Of a DNA stretch of 64,000 nt, positions 36,613 to 45,538 are shown piece by piece. The notes under the pieces were generated by a model. The model made no database searches and was not told the origin of the DNA. It was given only the letters and a program-made list of their open reading frames with translations. The stretch spans positions 1 through 64,000 of the IMG/VR virus record IMGVR_UViG_3300042519_004024, one strand, 5' to 3'. A program made the position numbers and the translations under genes. The stretch's first letter is position 1; the number at the start of each line of letters is the position of its first letter.

Positions 36613-36993
36613 TTACTTTTTGAAGTTTAATAACGTCTCAACCTCTTGATTTTTTGTTTCTACGATTGGCGCCCACTCCCCTTTATATGTTATACCTCTT
36701 ACAGGTTTATTATCAATCCACACGTATTCTTCATCGTCCATACATCTTGGTTTGTCAGTGATTAGATCGTGAAATTTAAACCCATGTTTCCATAACCAAG
36801 CAAGGGTTAATCCTTTATCTTTATATTCTCTTGCGGTAAAGAAAACTATTTTATTACCTTCATCATAAAGTTTATTAATTTCTTCTTTGGAACCTTCGTA
36901 TGGTTTTGCCTCCTTATATAAATGACTGTCTTCATTTTTTATATCGTCACAGACTGTCCCGTCAATATCAATCAAATAAACTCTTTTTTTCAT
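36613..36993 (-). CDS. HAD-superfamily phosphatase
   Basis: IDIDGT, FFTAR, KP, WIDNK. Confidence 0.85.
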   Translation of the reverse strand: MKKRVYLIDIDGTVCDDIKNEDSHLYKEAKPYEGSKEEINKLYDEGNKIVFFTAREYKDKGLTLAWLWKHGFKFHDLITDKPRCMDDEEYVWIDNKPVRGITYKGEWAPIVETKNQEVETLLNFKK

Positions 36994-37304
36994 ATACCTA
37001 AATTGTTTTTATAGTTCATATCCAAAATATAAGTTTTTAAGTTTTTAACTAAAGATTCGGCATCACTTTTTTCATACATTCCAGGATATCTTTCCGCAAG
37101 TTGATTTGTTTCTTCCATATCACGACAACTATGTAGTATATCCTGTAACATAGATTTTAACATATGTTCTTTATCATAGTTGTCCTGAATGTTTTTTTCA
37201 AATACTTGCCCTTCAAGTTCTTGAGTATATTCAATAAGTTCTTGGACTTCAGGTTTTTCAAGAAGATCAGGTCGTCTACGAAATAGTTGTTTTATGTTTT
37301 TCAC
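36990..37304 (-). CDS. hypothetical protein
   Basis: 104 aa; ATGA overlaps at both ends. Confidence 0.7.
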   Translation of the reverse strand: MKNIKQLFRRRPDLLEKPEVQELIEYTQELEGQVFEKNIQDNYDKEHMLKSMLQDILHSCRDMEETNQLAERYPGMYEKSDAESLVKNLKTYILDMNYKNNLGI

Positions 37305-37879
37305 GTTAAATAATTTAATATTTTTTCTTTTACACCTGATTGTTTAATACCTTCGTTTGATTTTGGTGTCAACACAAAATTATCAATTGCCCACTCATCT
37401 TTCCATGGCTCACCAATCTTACCCATATTTAAATCATCTATAGAAACCCAATGAGTAATCTCAGGGTGATCGTGAAGATATTGTTTAATTTCAATAGTTC
37501 GTAATTGTTCTGACTCCCATCGTGGTGACCACATAAATAAATTACCATGAACCGTACAATTCTGTATGTTTGGTGTTAACTCAATCGGTCGTTTGATAAT
37601 ACCTTGACTTTCGTAATAATCACCAAGTTCTTCAAGTGTTGCATATAATTTCCAATCTGAACTTACAACAATTTCAGCTCCCGTTTCTTCAAGTATCTCA
37701 TTAAGAACTTTAACCGCCTTTGTGTCAAAATCATCAAAACGATATTCAACAGGGGCATCTTTTTTTTCCTTACTACTGTCAGGATTTTCACTTCGGTATT
37801 TTGCCCATTTTTTTGTTCGTCCACCCCAATTATTGGAAAGACATATAACTCCGTCGTTGTCTAAAAATATAACTTTCAT
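37301..37879 (-). CDS. HAD domain protein of the Swiss-Army-Knife RNA-repair-like type
   Basis: IFLDNDGV, IVVSSDWK, WVSIDD; TATATTTG 4 nt upstream. Confidence 0.8.
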   Translation of the reverse strand: MKVIFLDNDGVICLSNNWGGRTKKWAKYRSENPDSSKEKKDAPVEYRFDDFDTKAVKVLNEILEETGAEIVVSSDWKLYATLEELGDYYESQGIIKRPIELTPNIQNCTVHGNLFMWSPRWESEQLRTIEIKQYLHDHPEITHWVSIDDLNMGKIGEPWKDEWAIDNFVLTPKSNEGIKQSGVKEKILNYLT

Positions 37880-38125
37880 AGTACAAATATAATAAAACTT
37901 TTTTAAACAAACAACCCCCCAATATTTCTACTGAGGGGTTTATATGATTTGGTTCAAGTTATTAAAAAAGCTCAAATTTTAAGAGTTTTAAGGTTTAATA
38001 AAATGACTTTTGAGTGTTTGAATTTTCTGTTAAAATTAGGACATTACTTAATCACAATCAATTATCAACTATACAGTTTTCTATGTAGAACAAGCCATAC
38101 TTTTTAACACTATCTTCAAATCATA

Positions 38126-38560
38126 TTATATTGTAGTTGTTGCGTTAAACACATCCAACTCATCTTGAATTTTTTCTACTTTCTCTTCTAACACTTTTAC
38201 CATTTCATTTCTTACAACTAAAGATATTTCTGAAGTTAAAACTATTTCACTTTCAAGACGGTATCTATCTCTATTTGATTTACCTTCGGTGCAATCCATT
38301 TTTTTAAGGGAGGCAATTAAAGATTTTGTTTCTGACATTTCAAAAATCTTATTTAACACGGGTGTGTTTGCTATATGGATTTTAGTTTTTAAAGTCGCTA
38401 ATTCGTCCATATCAAGTGATATTCTATCATATAGTGTTGCTGGACTATATGGTCTTTTATTACCAACTTCAACTGAGTTGTATTGTTGCATCAACTTAGT
38501 ATTTTCAGTAATACTTTTGATTAACTTGTTTTTTTGTTTAAGTGCTTGTTTGATATTCAT
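38126..38560 (-). CDS. coiled-coil protein (DIP1984-like, tentative)
   Basis: ALKQKNKL..LKTKIHIAN..IQDELDVFNATTTI. Confidence 0.6.
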   Translation of the reverse strand: MNIKQALKQKNKLIKSITENTKLMQQYNSVEVGNKRPYSPATLYDRISLDMDELATLKTKIHIANTPVLNKIFEMSETKSLIASLKKMDCTEGKSNRDRYRLESEIVLTSEISLVVRNEMVKVLEEKVEKIQDELDVFNATTTI

Positions 38561-38596
38561 AATGTTAAGTATATAATTTATTTTTTAATATGTCAA

Positions 38597-39133
38597 TTAA
38601 TATTTAATAACTTTTACACACCAAGGATTAAAAAAGTTATCTGTATCGCATTTTTTTATTTCATGGTAATATGCGTCGTAATATAAATCACCATTTTTGA
38701 TTTTACCAAACATGGATGGTTTATACATTTCACCACCTATTTCTATCACATCATTTAAATCTGAATGTACTTGACATAATGTTGTATACCAACCTTTTTT
38801 ATTTACAAGTTTTCCCTCTTTTCCACACAACTCACAAGTTATGGAACTTTCATTGGTATATTCAGAAATAACTTCAAAACCTTTTTTAGGTAACTCGTTG
38901 GTATAAAATCTTAGTGTTCCAAATTTCTCTTTAACCTGTATAATTTGTTTGTCCCATCCAAGTTTAATTAAATCCTTAATAAGGTTTTCTATAATACCTA
39001 ACCAACCGTTACCAACAGAAAAATAACCTCTACTTAAAATTGGTTTCTCGCCAATTCTGTAACCGTTTTCTAATCCATTTATAGATGCTAAAAAATCTTC
39101 AAATTCAGCATCAGTTTTATAATTTTGATTCAT
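38597..39133 (-). CDS. phage protein with CxxC Zn motif
   Basis: GWL.II, QVKEKFGTLRFY, CELCG, TLC. Confidence 0.75.
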   Translation of the reverse strand: MNQNYKTDAEFEDFLASINGLENGYRIGEKPILSRGYFSVGNGWLGIIENLIKDLIKLGWDKQIIQVKEKFGTLRFYTNELPKKGFEVISEYTNESSITCELCGKEGKLVNKKGWYTTLCQVHSDLNDVIEIGGEMYKPSMFGKIKNGDLYYDAYYHEIKKCDTDNFFNPWCVKVIKY

Positions 39134-39548
39134 TTTGTTTTTTTTTCTCCATTTTAATCATAGTTAAAGCATTAAACAATGTGTAATAAGAATCCCAAAA
39201 ACCACCTCTGTCGTCAAGGAATATATTGGCATATATCTTACCATTTATACCATATGGTTTATCCCACTCCGGATGCATTTTATTAACTCCGTGTACAACA
39301 ATTCCAAGTTCTTCCACTTGTTGTTTTGCCTTTTCTAATTGGTATTCACTTCTTGCGGTATTAATTAAAAATATAATACCTTCTTTTTGACACTCTAAAA
39401 TCAAATCAACCATTTTTTTACAGTTGTCTTTAATTTCCTCATTGTAAGGAATAATAGTGTCGTCAAGATCACAACCAATGATAATCTTACCGTTTTTTAA
39501 CCATTCGGTTGTCAATCTATTTACGTAAAAATTTGCGTGGTGTCTCAT
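39117..39548 (-). CDS. HAD-like phosphatase
   Basis: CDLDDT, INTAR, KIYANIFLDDR. Confidence 0.75.
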   Translation of the reverse strand: MRHHANFYVNRLTTEWLKNGKIIIGCDLDDTIIPYNEEIKDNCKKMVDLILECQKEGIIFLINTARSEYQLEKAKQQVEELGIVVHGVNKMHPEWDKPYGINGKIYANIFLDDRGGFWDSYYTLFNALTMIKMEKKKQNESKL

Positions 39549-39698
39549 TTAATCAATTCTAATAACGTCCATAATTCTTAATTGTGCTAGTAACGCACAA
39601 CCCCAACCCATAGCAGCAACCCAGTTTTCTGAGTAAATACACATCCCGGTATTAAGGAGGTAAAGTAATGCCAAAGGTATTTCATATTTTCTATTCAT
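39549..39698 (-). CDS. small membrane protein (49 aa), not in track
   Basis: translated by hand: MNRKYEIPLALLYLLNTGMCIYSENWVAAMGWGCALLAQLRIMDVIRID. Confidence 0.55.
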   Translation of the reverse strand: MNRKYEIPLALLYLLNTGMCIYSENWVAAMGWGCALLAQLRIMDVIRID

Positions 39699-39876
39699 AA
39701 CAATTTTCTTCTTTTATTATTTTTATTTCACCCATTGTTCTTGAGTAATACTCTTCTAAATCGTAACCACTTTTACCACATTCGCAAACTTGCATATCCC
39801 ATCTTTTATTAGATTGTGATTCGTGTTGTTTGTTACAACTTAAACATTCCCAAGTAACTTTTTTATATTTTCCCAT
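39691..39876 (-). CDS. small Zn-ribbon protein
   Basis: CLSC..CECG. Confidence 0.65.
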   Translation of the reverse strand: MGKYKKVTWECLSCNKQHESQSNKRWDMQVCECGKSGYDLEEYYSRTMGEIKIIKEENCYE

Positions 39877-39881
39877 CTTTA

Positions 39882-40046
39882 TTAATTAAAATAACCACCT
39901 GTCATTAATAATGTAAAATAAATTCCAACACTAATAAGTGTAACCCAAAAACTGTAATTCCCTGTTCTTTCTTTTCCGTGATAGTGTGCCCCAAATAGTA
40001 AGTTAAGGGTTAATAACACTAACATTATTATTTGACTTGTTCCCAT
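39882..40046 (-). CDS. small two-TM membrane protein
   Basis: start moved to MGTSQII. Confidence 0.65.
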   Translation of the reverse strand: MGTSQIIMLVLLTLNLLFGAHYHGKERTGNYSFWVTLISVGIYFTLLMTGGYFN

Positions 40047-40065
40047 ATTTTTTTTTATTTTTAAT

Positions 40066-41091
40066 TTATTTTCCAAATCCTACTTTACCACCACCCTTAA
40101 TTGTTGGTGCCTTTTTTAATCCCTCCAAGTTATCGATAGTCTCCTCAAAACTTCTACCCATAACAATAACCGAAATTACAACTTCTTTCAAATGTGACAA
40201 TGACATTCCCTCAGTTTTTTTAATCCACTCTTCAATGTTGATGTTTTTTAAATCATCCTCATTTAATTTATGTTCAATGTATGCTCTTCTGATATCATCG
40301 TTGGGTAACTCAACTTTATATCGTCTGTCAAAACGAGAAGGTCTATTTGTTATTCGTTCTTGTAATTTTTCAGGGTAGTTGGTTGTTGCTATATAAACAA
40401 CCCCCTCAATTTGTTTAACACCATCAAGAATGTTTAATAGTCTTGCCGTCTGATATCTATTTTCGCCAGCAAGTGAATCAATATCCTCCAATAGAACAAC
40501 TAACGGTCTGTTTGGTTCAACCTTTCTGAATGTTGCAATGAATGATGTAAATCTATCAACGTCTTCCTCATCTTTAACATTTATAACAATACCGTCTTTC
40601 TCAATTAACTGCTGAGAAATTAATTGTATAATTCCTGATTTTCCACATCCTGGTTCACCATACATCAGGATTCCTCGTTTGTGTATGTAATTGTATTTTT
40701 TATAATTTTCAGCCCTATTCCAAAAGTTATCAATATCTTTTAAAATGTCGGTAATCTCATAAGATGGTAGATGATACAACTCGTCTGTCTTGAATGGTTG
40801 TTTTTTCAAAGTATGTGTTTGTAAATTTCCATTCCAACCAATTTCATAAACACCGGCAGGGACTTTAGGTACTGTAACGTAAGCCGGAGCATATTCATCA
40901 TTTTTTAAGTTACTCCAACAAGAAGGAACATCAACATCTTTTTTTTCTTCGTTGTTTGGAATATTTATTTTTTTACGGATGATTGGTTCTTCTTCCTCAG
41001 AATAACCTGTATATTCAATAGCCTCATCAATATATTCTTCGCTCATGTTATTTCTTTTTAAAATTTTTTTTAATTCTTCTTTCCATTCCAT
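40066..41091 (-). CDS. AAA+ ATPase
   Basis: GEPGCGKS, LLEDID, LNILDG, TTNYPE, RPSRFD. Confidence 0.9.
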   Translation of the reverse strand: MEWKEELKKILKRNNMSEEYIDEAIEYTGYSEEEEPIIRKKINIPNNEEKKDVDVPSCWSNLKNDEYAPAYVTVPKVPAGVYEIGWNGNLQTHTLKKQPFKTDELYHLPSYEITDILKDIDNFWNRAENYKKYNYIHKRGILMYGEPGCGKSGIIQLISQQLIEKDGIVINVKDEEDVDRFTSFIATFRKVEPNRPLVVLLEDIDSLAGENRYQTARLLNILDGVKQIEGVVYIATTNYPEKLQERITNRPSRFDRRYKVELPNDDIRRAYIEHKLNEDDLKNINIEEWIKKTEGMSLSHLKEVVISVIVMGRSFEETIDNLEGLKKAPTIKGGGKVGFGK

Positions 41092-41264
41092 TTTTCAATT
41101 TTTTCCCAATCGTCTTTTTTTACAGCAACTCTTACACCATCAATGGTAAAGAATACCTCATTAGGAAAAACCATAGGATCTTCTATTTTTTCAGGGTTTA
41201 TTTTTATAGAATTATAATAAACCCCCTCATTTGCAAATCTAACTAATACTTCAATCTTTTCCAT
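41070..41264 (-). CDS. hypothetical protein
   Basis: 64 aa, in operon. Confidence 0.6.
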   Translation of the reverse strand: MEKIEVLVRFANEGVYYNSIKINPEKIEDPMVFPNEVFFTIDGVRVAVKKDDWEKIEKWNGKKN

Positions 41265-41466
41265 TTTTATTATTAAATGCTGACATTATCATACCATATT
41301 CTAAAACTATCAAAATAACTCTACCCCATATACTGGTTAATAACCACCAATTAAACGGATTTAAATCAAAATAAATTAAAGAGAATATAGAATACCAAAC
41401 AAAATTAAAAACAATTAATTCTGTGATTTTTAAACCTAAAGGTTTTTCTTTTTTATCTAAGGACAT
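41251..41466 (-). CDS. small membrane protein
   Basis: two hydrophobic segments. Confidence 0.65.
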   Translation of the reverse strand: MSLDKKEKPLGLKITELIVFNFVWYSIFSLIYFDLNPFNWWLLTSIWGRVILIVLEYGMIMSAFNNKNGKD

Positions 41467-41695
41467 AACTATGAATAATAATTAACACTTCTTCAATTCT
41501 ATCAGTTTTCATAACAATAGCTCGATCTTCTTTAACAACTATATCCATAATTCCAAGATCCTCTTTTAATCTATCGGATTGTATTTTAACTTCTTTTTTT
41601 GCGTCACCCTCATTTTTAAAGAACCCAAAATATGAGTCACAATTTCCTGTTTTGTCACATACTCCATAAATAATTTCTCTTGCTGGTTGTATCAT
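41453..41695 (-). CDS. hypothetical protein
   Basis: 80 aa, in operon. Confidence 0.65.
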   Translation of the reverse strand: MIQPAREIIYGVCDKTGNCDSYFGFFKNEGDAKKEVKIQSDRLKEDLGIMDIVVKEDRAIVMKTDRIEEVLIIIHSYVLR

Positions 41696-41719
41696 AATTT
41701 TAATTTTTTATAAGTTTAA

Positions 41720-41750
41720 TAAAAAAAGGTGACTCTATCAATGAGAGTCA
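41720..41750 (-). terminator. intrinsic terminator
   Basis: GGTGACTCT/AGAGTCACC plus T-run. Confidence 0.7.
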
Positions 41751-42871
41751 CCAACATTATTTTTTTCTCCGTATATTAAGTAGTCAGGGTTTATTACTTT
41801 AGATACTTTTCTACGATCACCAGTTACAGATTTCACAACTATACCTTCATGTGGTACTTTACCCCCTTCTATGTTGTTATTAAACACAAAAGTATCTTGT
41901 ATCTCTTTAACCCATATACCTTTGTATAGTAACTCAACTTGTGGTAATTGTAGACAATCAAAGTGTACTGTTTCATTTATGTATGGTTGGTACACTCCAT
42001 CAACTTCAACATCAAATCCTGCGAATTTAACATCGGTCAAACCGTACTCATAGTTTTTTTGTATACCAGCCCCGTATATCTCGCCGTATATAACAACACC
42101 TTCATTTAAGTCAGTTGGTTCGTAAGTATCTTTTACGTGATCCCACAACTTACCTCTTATGTCGTAAGTGTTCGCCACAGTTTTCCATACATCAGTATCG
42201 TAAAACCCTTGTGAATCAGAACCCTTCTCAACGTTATGAGAACCATAAACATATTCAAATGCTGCCCATTGATTTCCAAAGAACATTTTAACACGATCCC
42301 ATATAGATAGTTTTTTCTTTCTAACTATACCGTAACGAGCATTAGTTCCATGAAGTTTACGAGTTATAACAACTTCATCTTCCTCACTGAACATATCAGG
42401 TACGTTCTTTTGGTTAGGGAACTTGTAGTAAACTTTGAAGTTAGGGTTTTGGTGGTATTTTATTTTACGTCCACCAACACTTAACTGAACGGTTTTAACT
42501 GGTGGTTCGTATTTAGTTATACCAAGTATTCCCATCATATCATCACCTTCATTAACGTTGTTCTCCAATGATTTTGGTGCCAAGTATTTGAATGGTATTA
42601 ATAAACATTCAGAGTAAACACCTCGAAGTTTAACGGTACGAACTCTTTGTCCTTTACGAAGGTAGTTAGTTACTTCCATCAAGTCAGATAAAGCTTGTGG
42701 TATTACCGCATCAGTAGTTGCAACAACAACCTTATCGTCTACTTTGTATTCGCCTTTCTTGGTTATGGCGTTCCACCCACCAACAGTAACTAACTCTATG
42801 TTATCGGCGTTTGGTATTTCAGATATAGAACCTATCTTACCAACATATGCAACACTATTTAAATTTTCCAT
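41738..42871 (-). CDS. RNA ligase, DRB0094/Rnl2-type with N-terminal OB-like domain
   Basis: IPNADNIE; motif I KLHGTN; IYGEIYG; FDV; EGIVVK; KVINPDY. Confidence 0.9.
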   Translation of the reverse strand: MENLNSVAYVGKIGSISEIPNADNIELVTVGGWNAITKKGEYKVDDKVVVATTDAVIPQALSDLMEVTNYLRKGQRVRTVKLRGVYSECLLIPFKYLAPKSLENNVNEGDDMMGILGITKYEPPVKTVQLSVGGRKIKYHQNPNFKVYYKFPNQKNVPDMFSEEDEVVITRKLHGTNARYGIVRKKKLSIWDRVKMFFGNQWAAFEYVYGSHNVEKGSDSQGFYDTDVWKTVANTYDIRGKLWDHVKDTYEPTDLNEGVVIYGEIYGAGIQKNYEYGLTDVKFAGFDVEVDGVYQPYINETVHFDCLQLPQVELLYKGIWVKEIQDTFVFNNNIEGGKVPHEGIVVKSVTGDRRKVSKVINPDYLIYGEKNNVGDSH

Positions 42872-42873
42872 TT

Positions 42874-43134
42874 TTATATATTTTCAAATTCTTTTTTTAC
42901 TGAATCTATTTCTTCTTTCAATCTTTCAAGTTCTTTAGATATCATTTCTTTAATAGCACCTTTGTTATAAAGACTAACCTCATCTTTTCTTGGAAAAGAC
43001 CCCCCTATTGAGTATCCAATTGTTACACCTAAAGAACAAGATTTTAACGCAGATTCTAATTTATACTTCTGTCTTTCCAACCTATCAAGTTCTTCTTTAA
43101 TTTTTTTTGCTTGTTCAAATTTTTCTAATTCCAT
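42874..43134 (-). CDS. hypothetical coiled-coil protein
   Basis: start moved to MELEKF. Confidence 0.65.
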   Translation of the reverse strand: MELEKFEQAKKIKEELDRLERQKYKLESALKSCSLGVTIGYSIGGSFPRKDEVSLYNKGAIKEMISKELERLKEEIDSVKKEFENI

Positions 43135-43265
43135 CAATCTTTCATTTTTAAACCCGGTGTTAATAATAAAGCCCAAAGACAATTACCATTTTGAGTAACG
43201 TACACTGCGGCTCCTATCAATCCGAAGAAACCTAAATAAATTAAACTAATTCCTAAATATTTCAT
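43134..43265 (-). CDS. small membrane protein (43 aa), not in track
   Basis: MKYLGISLIYLGFFGLIGAAVYVTQNGNCLWALLLTPGLKMKD; TATATTTG 4 nt upstream. Confidence 0.6.
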   Translation of the reverse strand: MKYLGISLIYLGFFGLIGAAVYVTQNGNCLWALLLTPGLKMKD

Positions 43266-43289
43266 ACCACAAATATATAAATAATTTTT

Positions 43290-43814
43290 CTATTCGTCAC
43301 TATCTTCTTCAAGATAATTTATTTTCATAGATCTTGGTTCAGTAAAGTCCCACTTCTTACTTTCAAACTCTGTGATCCATTCACTAACATCTTCTCTTGT
43401 CCAATGTGGAGCAAAAGAAGGACGATACTTAAATGGTAAATTTTTACTTTCATCCCACTCATCAAGTCGTTTTGTTACATCTTCAATAAGGTTTTTAGTC
43501 TTAGTGTGTTTAATCCACTCTCTGTAATCATCCTCGGATTTAATAAACATAACATCACCATAATTATAAAACTCCATTTCAGGAAATTCTAAATTAGGGT
43601 TGTTGGTATAAACATCAACAATACCATTGTCACCGTAATATGAATCACAAAGTTCTTTTAAACCATATATACTACTTGGTCTTTCTTCCCAAACACTACC
43701 GAACTGACGAACAGAACAGATATACAAATACCCATCTTCATAAGAATTTATTTTATATTCAATTTTATTTCGTAGTGAAATAAGTTCGTCCATTGTTAGT
43801 TTTTCTAAATTCAT
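43290..43814 (-). CDS. hypothetical protein
   Basis: 174 aa ORF. Confidence 0.75.
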   Translation of the reverse strand: MNLEKLTMDELISLRNKIEYKINSYEDGYLYICSVRQFGSVWEERPSSIYGLKELCDSYYGDNGIVDVYTNNPNLEFPEMEFYNYGDVMFIKSEDDYREWIKHTKTKNLIEDVTKRLDEWDESKNLPFKYRPSFAPHWTREDVSEWITEFESKKWDFTEPRSMKINYLEEDSDE

Positions 43815-43837
43815 ATTGTTCGTGTACTGTTTGCGTT

Positions 43838-44050
43838 TTAAATTAATCTCATTTTTTCAACTATTTCTTCAGGTGTTTCTTTAACTTCAGATACCGAACC
43901 ATTATGCCCTACTTTAGTGAGTTTTTCAATGATTGGTTTACCTTCATAATATTTGTCCCCCATTTGTCTTTCATAGAAGTAATCAATTTTATCAATATTG
44001 ATGTAAATCGGTTCATCGTTTTTATATGATGTTAATTTAATTAGTTTCAT
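43838..44050 (-). CDS. FlbD-like small protein
   Basis: MKLIKLT..IYINIDKI..VKETPEEI. Confidence 0.55.
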   Translation of the reverse strand: MKLIKLTSYKNDEPIYINIDKIDYFYERQMGDKYYEGKPIIEKLTKVGHNGSVSEVKETPEEIVEKMRLI

Positions 44051-44051
44051 A

Positions 44052-44474
44052 TTACAAAGATAAATGTTTTTTTGCGTTTTCTAAAAATTTCTCAATATTT
44101 TCTTTTCCTGCAGGATTTGCCGAATGAACCAAATATTTTGGTAATGGTACGTTCTTGTTTACACAATACTCAACAAGGAACTTTGCACAATCAAGTCCAG
44201 TTTTTTCCATAGAACCAAATTTCATATTCATTTCATCTTCAGACATACCTTCATAATCTTCAGGTTTAAAGTCATAGTGAAAATCAGCCAAGTCGTGATC
44301 AAAAGATACAAACTCAGGAACACCATTATCTTCAATGTATTTGACAAACTCATCGTGGTTTGTTACTATATCCCAATCATTCTCCCAATAAAATTTATTG
44401 AATGATGACGGTATTAATCTTATTGCGTCTTTTGGAATTCTGAAGTCATCCAAAAATAATTTATTATTTTTCAT
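44052..44474 (-). CDS. cyclic-phosphate-processing receiver-like domain protein
   Basis: LFLDDFR.P, VSFDHDL, TGLDCAKFL, VHSANPAG. Confidence 0.8.
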   Translation of the reverse strand: MKNNKLFLDDFRIPKDAIRLIPSSFNKFYWENDWDIVTNHDEFVKYIEDNGVPEFVSFDHDLADFHYDFKPEDYEGMSEDEMNMKFGSMEKTGLDCAKFLVEYCVNKNVPLPKYLVHSANPAGKENIEKFLENAKKHLSL

Positions 44475-44934
44475 TTGTATATTTTCTTAATAGTTTGAAT
44501 ATCTCTGTAATATCTGTAAATTCAGATGGTGGACTATCGTTTCTACCAGGAAGAAAGATTATTGTAAATCCGTGATTTCCTTCAAATCTTTCAGTCACTC
44601 TTTTACCGCAGATTTCAGTAATATAAACCCAAGGAAAGTTCCCTGATAGTTTTACATCAATTCCAATTTTTTTCAATCTTTCTACAAATACTGTGATTTT
44701 ATCTCCAGTTAGTTTTGTACTTGTTTCTGTTTCCATTTCTGTATATGTTCCAAATTTAGTTTCTTTTATTTTCATACTAGAATTTTTCCATTCTTTCCAA
44801 ACATCAAAGTCTTTAAGTTTTTCTAAAAACTCATTATCCATTTCTTTGGCTTGTTCAATTACTTCATAGATACATTTTCCTTCATTCTCTATTTGGTCAT
44901 ATAACCATTCTACTGCTGTCTGTTTTACTTCCAT
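44464..44934 (-). CDS. hypothetical protein
   Basis: 156 aa, in operon. Confidence 0.7.
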   Translation of the reverse strand: MEVKQTAVEWLYDQIENEGKCIYEVIEQAKEMDNEFLEKLKDFDVWKEWKNSSMKIKETKFGTYTEMETETSTKLTGDKITVFVERLKKIGIDVKLSGNFPWVYITEICGKRVTERFEGNHGFTIIFLPGRNDSPPSEFTDITEIFKLLRKYTNEK

Positions 44935-45091
44935 AACATTCTAATTTTTTATTTTTAACATTCCACAAATCTTTTTTTCCTTCAGTCATATGACAATTGT
45001 GTTTCTTACCGGTTCTCTCAGCAAAATCAACAATAGTATCGTTGTGACGATTACGAATGAAGTGCGGACATTCTTTACAAGGTTTTTTCAC
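44897..45091 (-). CDS. small Cys-rich protein
   Basis: GTG start; PCKECP..HNCH..C; promoter 4 nt upstream. Confidence 0.65.
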   Translation of the reverse strand: MKKPCKECPHFIRNRHNDTIVDFAERTGKKHNCHMTEGKKDLWNVKNKKLECYGSKTDSSRMVI

Positions 45092-45095
45092 CTAA

Positions 45096-45127
45096 CAAAG
45101 GTAAGAAATGTTTTTTAATAAAACAAA
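45096..45127 (-). promoter_or_regulatory. Bacteroidota-type promoter TTTG-N20-TACCTTTG
   Basis: consensus match. Confidence 0.75.
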
Positions 45128-45493
45128 TTATTTTTTAATTGGTACAGTATCAACAATTTCAAGTGTTACAGGTATTACTCCTCTTTTTAGGAAATCCATT
45201 TGTTTGGCAGTACCATAGGATAAATCAATAATATGACTTGATGACTTTGGTAATCTGTCATTAATTTTAACGTATCTAACAGAGTCATTTATAAGGTTTG
45301 TTACTTTCACTACGGTTCCAAACTTGAATGTTTTGTGTGCTGCGGTTAGACTATCTTTATGGAATCTTTCTCCTGATGCTGTTAATCTACCTGTGTAGTT
45401 TTTACCGTAATATGTTGCGGTTCCTTTATGTACTTTAATAGGGTTAATAAAAGATAGTGTCAGTATTGATATAAGTAATAATATTTTTTCCAT
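45128..45493 (-). CDS. rlpA: RlpA-family (DPBB) lytic transglycosylase-like protein
   Basis: signal-like N-terminus; GTATYYG, TASGERF, TAAHKT, INDR, IIDLS. Confidence 0.85.
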   Translation of the reverse strand: MEKILLLISILTLSFINPIKVHKGTATYYGKNYTGRLTASGERFHKDSLTAAHKTFKFGTVVKVTNLINDSVRYVKINDRLPKSSSHIIDLSYGTAKQMDFLKRGVIPVTLEIVDTVPIKK

Positions 45494-45538
45494 ACCATTA
45501 AAATAAAAAATCCTTTACAAAAAGTAAAGGATCTCATA

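Noticed and set aside
37945-37965. GGTTCAAGT as a tRNA T-loop
   Set aside because: No acceptor, D or anticodon stems around it; no tRNA was recognised in the window.
38568-38596. Perfect TTGACA-N17-TATACT as evidence of a non-Bacteroidota host
   Set aside because: A single instance that can also be read as a variant -7 box; outweighed by many TTTG-N20-TAnnTTTG sites and by gene content.
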